From contig JANKJI020000002.1 in the NCBI GenBank assembly GCA_024626585.2, positions 165,873,332 to 165,889,571 on the forward strand: a stretch of DNA of 16,240 nt, given 5' to 3'. This document shows, one piece after another, positions 9,424 through 16,240 of this stretch. The notes beneath the pieces were generated by a model that saw only the letters and a program-made list of their open reading frames with translations, made no database searches and had not been told where the DNA came from. Each line of letters begins with the position of its first letter. Position 1 is the stretch's first letter. This stretch comes from Ginkgo biloba. Lineage: Eukaryota; Plantae; Ginkgophyta. The position numbers and the translations under genes were made by a program.

Positions 9424-10909
9424 CTTTTATAGTAATCGATGCTACAACCACCTATACCATTCTCTTAAGGCGACTGGATCGACGATTATAAAGTCGATAT
9501 CAATATGCACAGGAACACCCTTACTGTTCCCTATCATGGTGGTACAGAAATAATTTGGTGCAAAGCTAAGAAAATTAATCCTTTTCATTTCAGTAGTGGT
9601 AGAGTGCGTGAATTCAGTCAAAACCTTGTACTCTTCGATTCCAGACTTTGTAGTTATGCTCCTTTTGAGCAACTCCATACATAATCGTTTAACGTAGAGA
9701 TTAGCCCTGAGATCAGGGGTGACATTTAATAATGTCTGTAACCAAAATGAGGTTGGGATAGGATTTGTCCTCCATAGTGAATATCATATTTCGTTTTACT
9801 TCAGCATCAGGTTAGAATTTTCCTGTTCCAACAAAGTCGTCGAGTATGAAGCATTGATTGTAGGGATGGAGAAAGCATTAGAGCTTAAACTAAACAAATT
9901 ATATGTCTATGGTGACAGCAAACTCGTTGTCCTCCAAAGCAAAAATACTTGTTAGGTCAGGAGCCTCCTTCTCCATCAATATCAAGAAGTGGTTAAAAGT
10001 CTTATTAGGCAATTTGATCATTTCAAGATATCATTCATACCACGAAGTTCAAATATCGAAGTTGACAACTTAGCCATATCAACAACACTTTTCAAACCTA
10101 ATCCTAGGATTTTAGTACAGTTTTACCCTATCCAGATTCAATACCGACCAACTATTCCCAATAAAGAGGAACATTGGCAAGTTTTCGATAATGACGAGGC
10201 AATATGTTGCTTCATCGAAGAGAGGCTTGGGGAATACAATTCATGTTATCATTTCAATCAGCATGAATTGCTTATCGATCTTCGCTCTAAAAAGATTCCC
10301 CAAGTCTTAGGTCTCTTAGAGTCCATGTTTCCAACAGATGACATACCCAACCGCCCTAAGCTATCTGATGAGTCGTCTCTTCAAAAAATAGGAGATACTA
10401 TCTCTCTTAATATCAAATTTGATTTCGATTTGCGTTGCCTCTTAAGTGGTGCTGACTGTACACCTTTAAAATATGTTTGGCTTTGGGAGTTACTCACAGA
10501 ATTCTAGGATTGTTTTGCATGGTTGTACGAGGAACTAAAGGGTTTCGAACTGGACGTTGCCCCACATCATATTCCCCTGCGTCTCGAAGCTAAGCCCTTT
10601 TGAGTACTGTAGAGAACGATTAACACTACCCTTAGTGTTGTCATTAAGAGGGAGGTTGAAAAGATGCTAGATGCCAAGCTTATCTTCCCGGTGGATATTC
10701 TGCCTGGGTTTACAACATAGTGCTTATGTGAAAAAAGAATAAGATTCGCATTTGGGACCTAGAGAAGCATTCAAAATTTGAATTCCTCTGGACTGGGCCA
10801 TTTGTCATATGTAAAGGACTACGAGAACAATTTATATTTGCTCACTCACCCAAATGGTTCCCTGTTTCAATACTTGATGAATGGATAGTTCCTTTAAAAA
10901 TATTATACC
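9424..10909 (+). mobile_element. Ty3/Gypsy Tat-type pol remnant, copy 2: protease C-terminus - aRNaseH - RT N-terminus - (deletion) - integrase GPY/F tail
   Basis: aRH: GIGFVL...RLEFSCSNKVVEYEALIVGMEKALELKLNKLYVYGDSKLVV...FKISFIPRSSNIEVDNLA. RT start: LLTEF*DCFAWLYEELKGFELDVAPHHIPLRLEAKPF...IKREVEKMLDAKLIFPV / AWVYNIVLM*KKNKIRI. This is followed directly by KHSKFEFLWTGPFVI / NNLYLLTHPNGSLFQYLMNG*FL*KYY. Confidence 0.9.
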
Positions 10910-11568
10910 TACTTCGTCGAGTTTCCTTTAGGTTTCCTATATGTTTATTTCCTTTTGGTTGTCTTTTTCATTTCTGTAGGATTTGTTTGTTTTCTTTTGG
11001 CTTCTGGTTTTCCTTTTTCATTTTCAATGTATTTGAATTATGTTAAAAGAATATAGTAAACTCGTGTACGTATGTGTCAATGAGTTTCCATTTGTATCGC
11101 ATTCGTCTTACTCCTGCGATCGACAACTCATGACCTACACTCTGGCCAACAAAATTTCAATTGAGAATGGCATATCAAAGGTGAGTGTAGCGGCAAGGAT
11201 TGTTGATGGGATAGGTTATTCACATTTTTAGTCAAGTCTTCAAGGTGGGTTTCGTGGTTATTTTTAATATATTAAGGGGCACCATCTTACCTTGCATCGA
11301 CCATGGGCATGATAGGCTCGAGTGATTCAACATTGGGGAAGAGATACTTTATCCTTCAAACAGAATGGTAAAACTCTGTAGTGATCTAAGGAACCGAATA
11401 GCGAGCGAGGAACTTGCATTGAGTTCTAGCTCCTATGTTGAATAGGAAGATGATAATGATGAAAAAGGGAAGGTGGCCTTTGAAGAAAGTACATCGTTTG
11501 AGGATGCCCCATGTGAGCCTACAAAAGATGGGTTGCTATAGTAATCCAAATGGGAAACTACTAAATAA

Positions 11569-11721
11569 TGTTGAGAAATTAACAATTCAAAAATAAAGAA
11601 ATGTATAATAATCCAATAAGAATAGTAATTAGAGAAGAAGGGTGTGGGGCACTTGCTACCCACAATAGACCATCTAAATTGGGAGCACCTACTTCCCAAA
11701 GTAGAAAAAGTCTTCTCAAAA
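11569..11721 (-). mobile_element. Possible LTR terminus (3' end on the minus strand), perhaps belonging to the adjacent Copia element
   Basis: Composition shifts abruptly at TGTTGAGA (11569). The minus strand reads pyrimidine-rich and ends ...TTCTCAACA. A gap separates it from the Copia integrase, so linkage is unproven. Confidence 0.35.
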
Positions 11722-11821
11722 NNNNNNNNNNNNNNNNNNNNNNNNNNNNNNNNNNNNNNNNNNNNNNNNNNNNNNNNNNNNNNNNNNNNNNNNNNNNNNN
11801 NNNNNNNNNNNNNNNNNNNNN

Positions 11822-12288
11822 AAGAGGTTTGTAACCACTCCATGCTTCTTCAAGAGTCACTCCTCTAACTTCCTTTGTTGGAATTTGATTCAAAATATGT
11901 GCAGTTTTATGTATAGCCTCTGCCAAAATTTTAATGTCAAGATTTTTGGCCTTCATCATGCTCCTTCCCATTTCAACTATTGTGTGTAAGCTATTATAAA
12001 TTGTCTATGAATTCCATAGGTACGATAATAGTTCTTGAATTCATTTGAAATATATTCTCGGACATTATCTATCCTTAACACTTTGATTTTCTTTCCACTT
12101 TGTCTTTTGACCATAGTTTTGAAGTTTACAACTTTATGAAAAACCTCTGATTTTTATTTCAGAAAGTAGACCCAAACTTTCCTAGAAAAATTATCAATAA
12201 AAGTCAAAAAATATTTGGATCTTGCCAATGATATTGTCAACATTGCCCCAAAAATATCACTATGAATCAATTATAATTGAGTTTGAGA
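11822..12288 (-). mobile_element. Decayed Ty1/Copia integrase core (rve)
   Basis: [44 protein letters not shown]...QSGKKIKVLRIDNVREYISNEFK...GIHRQFIIAYT / TIVEMGRSMMKAKNL...LAEAIHKTAHILNQIPTKEVRGVTLEEAWSGYKP, matching the Copia integrase consensus. Confidence 0.92.
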
Positions 12289-15205
12289 TTGAACCTATCT
12301 TTAATTTTCTGTCCTTTTCAATTCTTGCACTCAGAATTTTCAGCAGCCTCATCATGGGTAATTACCTAACATTGGTTTGCTTAACCCCCTGAATATGGCC
12401 TCCAAAGAGCCTATTGCTAGTTTGAACAATCTTTGTGGTAAGCACTCTGCTACTATCATGCAAACTGGAGCAGTCCATGGTATTTAACTGAATCTGGAAA
12501 TTTGTTCTGAATGTGTACAAAGTGGCGTACCTGTTTTTCCTTGTGACAATTATCCTCTGATTTTGAAGTTTGTCACAAACAGTGTTGCATCTGGGGATTT
12601 TGTAGGTTAGTTCCTTTGTCTTCCACCTCTAGAGTCTGTTCTCAGATATTGGTTTAGGAAAACTGGGAACTAAATAGATGGAAAGTTGCTTAGCCAAATA
12701 TTTATATCTCATTCAAGGCTTTAAGTCTTTCTTTTTTCAGGCTGCTGAAATGAACAATGAAGTTTTGGTCAGCAAGCCATGGTGGCATGATAGCTGATTT
12801 TCTCATGATGTCTCAATTTGTCGCTCCATAAGAGTTGAATTCTCTGGCCTTTTGATGCCATTTACGAGAATAATGTTTTGGGATGCTTTTGTGTTATGAC
12901 CCATATAGAGTATTTAACCCTATTCCAAACTGTAACAGCCCNNNNNNNNNNNNNNNNNNNNNNNNNNNNNNNNNNNNNNNNNNNNNNNNNNNNNNNNNNN
13001 NNNNNNNNNNNNNNNNNNNNNNNNNNNNNNNNNNNNNNNNNAATATTGGAAAGTAAAAATCTAATTTCTTAAATGAGAAATTCATTAAAATATACAACAA
13101 TCTGGAATATTAACCTGTGAATACTCATTTACTCTAATCAACAAAAGAAGCAAGGCCTCCTAAACTATGTACAGAAACTGCAAAAACAAAATTGAAGGGT
13201 GGAGACTTTCGCTACTTGTGTCATCCTTTCTCTTATCTCATCTCTCATCCTAGATTATTAGGGCCCAGGGGCATACAAAATGCAAGCACTGACCCCTAAG
13301 TATTCTTCTAAGCAAAACCAATTGACTCAAATTGCAAGATGATTCAAAAGATTGAGATAGATTTCACTTAAATATTGCAAGAATTCTGGCTGCTCTGCAA
13401 ATCTATCAATAACACCTAGTTTGTTCTGCTGCTAAGCAATCTTGAATCATGAATATCTTTCACAGCTTTGTGCAATTTGTGTGCTAGGTTATAAAATATG
13501 CTTCATGTCTGTCATACTTTTAACAAACTGTATTTTGTAATCTGCACTCATAGTCAAAGGTTAGGTCCCATAACAAATATATCAAACTTAGTTCTTGGAT
13601 AAGGGTCTTAGGTTTTGGTTTGTGAGCACTATTAGTATGGCACATTTGACCCCCTCTGCTGTCAGTCCTTGGGGATTCCAATGGGCTTATTGACGTGGTT
13701 GCCAGCTCAATCCCCACAGTTGGTTGACTTTATATTAAGACAAATTACTATGAAGTCTGTGGTCTTGTCCTTACTTCACCTTAACACGAACCTCTACAAG
13801 ATGGGAGAGAGCTCAATGCTAGAGATGCATAAAGAGCCAAGGTTTTTTATGCACGAGACACCATGCCTCAATCGATGATTTCGAGTGTCAACCCTCATTA
13901 ACTAAACCACCTGGCAAGTGGATATAATTCATTAGTTTCCACCACAAGTGAATTGCTTCTAGATCAAATAGCAGGTGGACTTCTACTAGATGTTCATCCA
14001 CAAGATCACACATGAAGAAGATGACCCACATCAAACTCTAGATATGTAAAATTTCGGACTGTGCACTGTTTATAGAGATTTAGGGTGAAGCTAGAAAACA
14101 TAAATGTATGCTCCTACTTTATATGTTATACTAAGGATATTAGAATATAATATCTATTTTGACATTTTGTATTTAGTATTAAATGTTAGGAGTAGTATTT
14201 AATGNNNNNNNNNNNNNNNNNNNNNNNNNNNNNNNNNNNNNNNNNNNNNNNNNNNNNNNNNNNNNNNNNNNNNNNNNNNNNNNNNNNNNNNNNNNNNNNN
14301 NNNNNNNNNNNNNNNNAAAATGATCTCTATTTCTACTACACACTAATAAAACCTTAAATTCAAAAACTATGTAATCTCTCTTCATTAATGATTTCTTCAC
14401 TTTCTTTTATGATTAGTTCATTGGTTTCTACTTCCAATGCTCATCCTAGGTGAGAGTTCATCATTTGTAGTTAGAAGATACTTATTTAGTGGGCTTCGCT
14501 CCCCAATATTTTTTATCGTGTTGGAAGAGCTACTCTTTCCAACATAAAATCCTTCAATCACTCTCTCTTTGGCAATATATATCTTGTTTGGTGTGTAAGA
14601 AGATGATTATTTTTATCTCTTCTAGTTGTGATGGTAACCATTACAATCTAAGCATGGAAAAATTAATATGTTGTGCATCCAACTTTACATGTTTTAAGTG
14701 CGCACATACTCTCAGAGTTTTGGCATAGACTCCACTCTCATACAACATTCACACCATGAGGAAGAATGGATTTAACACATACAAAATGACTATATACCCA
14801 ATTTCGATGATGCACTTAATTAGTAAATATTTATTATTATGAGTAATTAATTATTAGAGTAGGATTTTATTCCTCATTATCTTATTCCTGATTGACTATT
14901 TTGTTCACACTTGCCAATCACCGTGAGTTTCTCATTTAAGAATGAGTTTTCCTAACAATGTAATCAGTTCATTCTCATAGTGAGATTTTTGTTAATTGAA
15001 GAGCAAATTTTAGAGAATTGGTTTACAAAATGCTAGATCCTATTGCATCTAGCATCTCATCACTTTCTTGTTTGTGCTTAAATCTTTTATTCTCTCAATT
15101 ATCATTACTTTCTCCTTGGACTTATCTATGGCTACTTCATAAGACTTCCACTTGAATTCTAATTTCTCTCAAGTCGATGTTTAACAACCCATCTCTTTGG
15201 TACAT

Positions 15206-15224
15206 ATCAATTGGTATTAGAACC
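15206..15224 (+). promoter_or_regulatory. Probable LTR 3' end (ATCA) and degenerate tRNA-iMet PBS; the LTR would lie upstream and the 5' UTR downstream
   Basis: ATCA-AT-TGGTATTAGAACC. The PBS differs from TGGTATCAGAGCC by two transitions. Confidence 0.55.
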
Positions 15225-15438
15225 TTGTTTATAGGTTCTGAAATGTTCATCACTTGAGGCTTATATGTCAACTAGTTTCATTGGTTTTGATTAGTGTTTT
15301 CAGTCACTAAATGGTTGCATGCATTTATTTTTTGGGGTTTTTCCACCTATTTCTTAAAATCACCCTTTTGGAAAACCACCTCATTTTTCTCTATAGCGGT
15401 TTGCTCCCAGACTTGCACAAGAGTGCCTACGGCTTCTA

Positions 15439-15790
15439 CAGGGTAGGGCAACCTCCTTTGAGGCAACCCACAATGTCTCGGCTCCTTCGTTTCCCTCTGC
15501 AACATGTTGCAACTCACCCAAGGTTGCTAGTGAAGGCAACTCACTAGCTTTCTACAATGATTTTGCTCCATTTTTTATGTAGTTTTTTGCTTCCAAAGCT
15601 TGCTCAGGGTAGGGTGACCTCCTTTGAGGCTGCTCACAATCTCTTAGCTCCCTTGGTTTCTTCTGCAACTTTGTGGATCTTTCATAGAGCCGTTTTCTTC
15701 CTCTAAGTTGGCAGATTCCTTCTTGGATAATTTTGTTTGTTTTGCAGGCTTCCTAAGGGTAGGGATACCCCCCACAACATTCTCCTAAGC
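15439..15790. repeat. Diverged direct repeats (~150-166 bp period) in a putative retroelement 5' UTR
   Basis: cagggtaggg..acctcctttgaggc..c.cacaat.tct..gctcc.t.gtttc.tctgcaac occurs at 15439-15503 and 15605-15669. A weaker third copy starts agggtaggg at 15756. Confidence 0.75.
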
Positions 15791-16240
15791 TAGATGTCTC
15801 TCCCATTGCTTTTGCAGGCTGTGCAACCTTCCAGAGGGACATGCAGGTTGTTGCGGTCTCAACAACAACCATTTGATCTTTTTTTCAAAAATTATTAAAA
15901 TTTTAAAACTATATGTCTAACTTTAGGGTCACTTTCGTTATTTCACAAGCCCATGGTTGTTGGGCTAGCCCATGGGACTGAAGCCCCCTCTTGCGAAGCT
16001 CTTTTTGCCCTTATTTAGTCACTTTTTGATCTTTTTATACATTTTTGTCTTTTGCAGGACCCTTGAGTGGTACTTTAAAAGCCCAAGTTTGTGTTTGCAA
16101 CTAATAAACTTCATTTACTGCATTTTGACCTTTTGTTTCACTTGTTTAAGCATTTTTTCATTTTTTGATACGATGTCACAATTAGTTCGACCCATGATAT
16201 GACATATCCATATGTAATCAAACTTGCCTAAATTGTTATA

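Larger units (their letters stand above)
1386..14316. other. Nine assembly gaps: 1386-1485, 3105-3204, 3867-3903, 6361-6460, 8333-8342, 9324-9423, 11722-11821, 12942-13041, 14205-14316
   Basis: Runs of N. Six are exactly 100 nt, the usual placeholder for a gap of unknown size. Confidence 0.98.
3436..16240 (+). other. Probable very long, TE-filled intron of the aminopeptidase gene (runs past the window end)
   Basis: GT donor at 3436. No HEXXH-encoding exon was found downstream in the resolved sequence, which is mostly retroelement debris. The exon could be hidden in an N gap. Confidence 0.65.

Noticed and set aside
12741-12800. Strong acceptor-like site (ctttcttttttcAG) as an APM1 exon
   Set aside because: All three frames stop within about 20 codons and show no M1 peptidase motif. 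A cryptic exon cannot be excluded without RNA data.
13620-13990. Very degraded Copia RNase H (FYAR..., HLASG..., DQIA...)
   Set aside because: Only scattered residues match and many indels would be needed. A frameshift-aware HMM search is required to support it.
1191-14400. ORFs containing runs of X
   Set aside because: They are artefacts of translating through N gaps.
15030-15055. 9-bp inverted repeat ATGCTAGAT...ATCTAGCAT as a terminator or MITE end
   Set aside because: It is short and isolated, has no TSD or U-tract, and is plausible by chance in AT-rich LTR-like sequence.

Overview
AT-rich land-plant genomic scaffold, probably gymnosperm (inferred from the retrotransposon types and very long introns), broken by nine N gaps. 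The only host coding sequence I can support is one 154-nt internal exon (3282-3435, +) of an M1-family aminopeptidase of the APM1/puromycin-sensitive type, carrying the GAMEN motif. Neither neighbouring exon is visible, so the rest of the window is most likely intron (>3.2 kb upstream, >12.8 kb downstream). It is filled with decayed LTR retrotransposons: Ty3/Gypsy RT and gag scraps, a minus-strand CRM-like gag-protease-RT start cut by a Copia-like LTR, a plus-strand Tat-type element with domain order protease-aRNaseH-RT, a minus-strand Copia integrase, several tRNA-iMet PBS sites and some tandem duplications. The Tat-type element is the most notable feature: its protease-end/aRNaseH block occurs twice as diverged copies, and its RT start is fused in frame to the integrase GPY/F tail. 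I see no solid evidence for a wholly new biological system. The best lead is a possible non-autonomous Tat derivative that retains aRNaseH.
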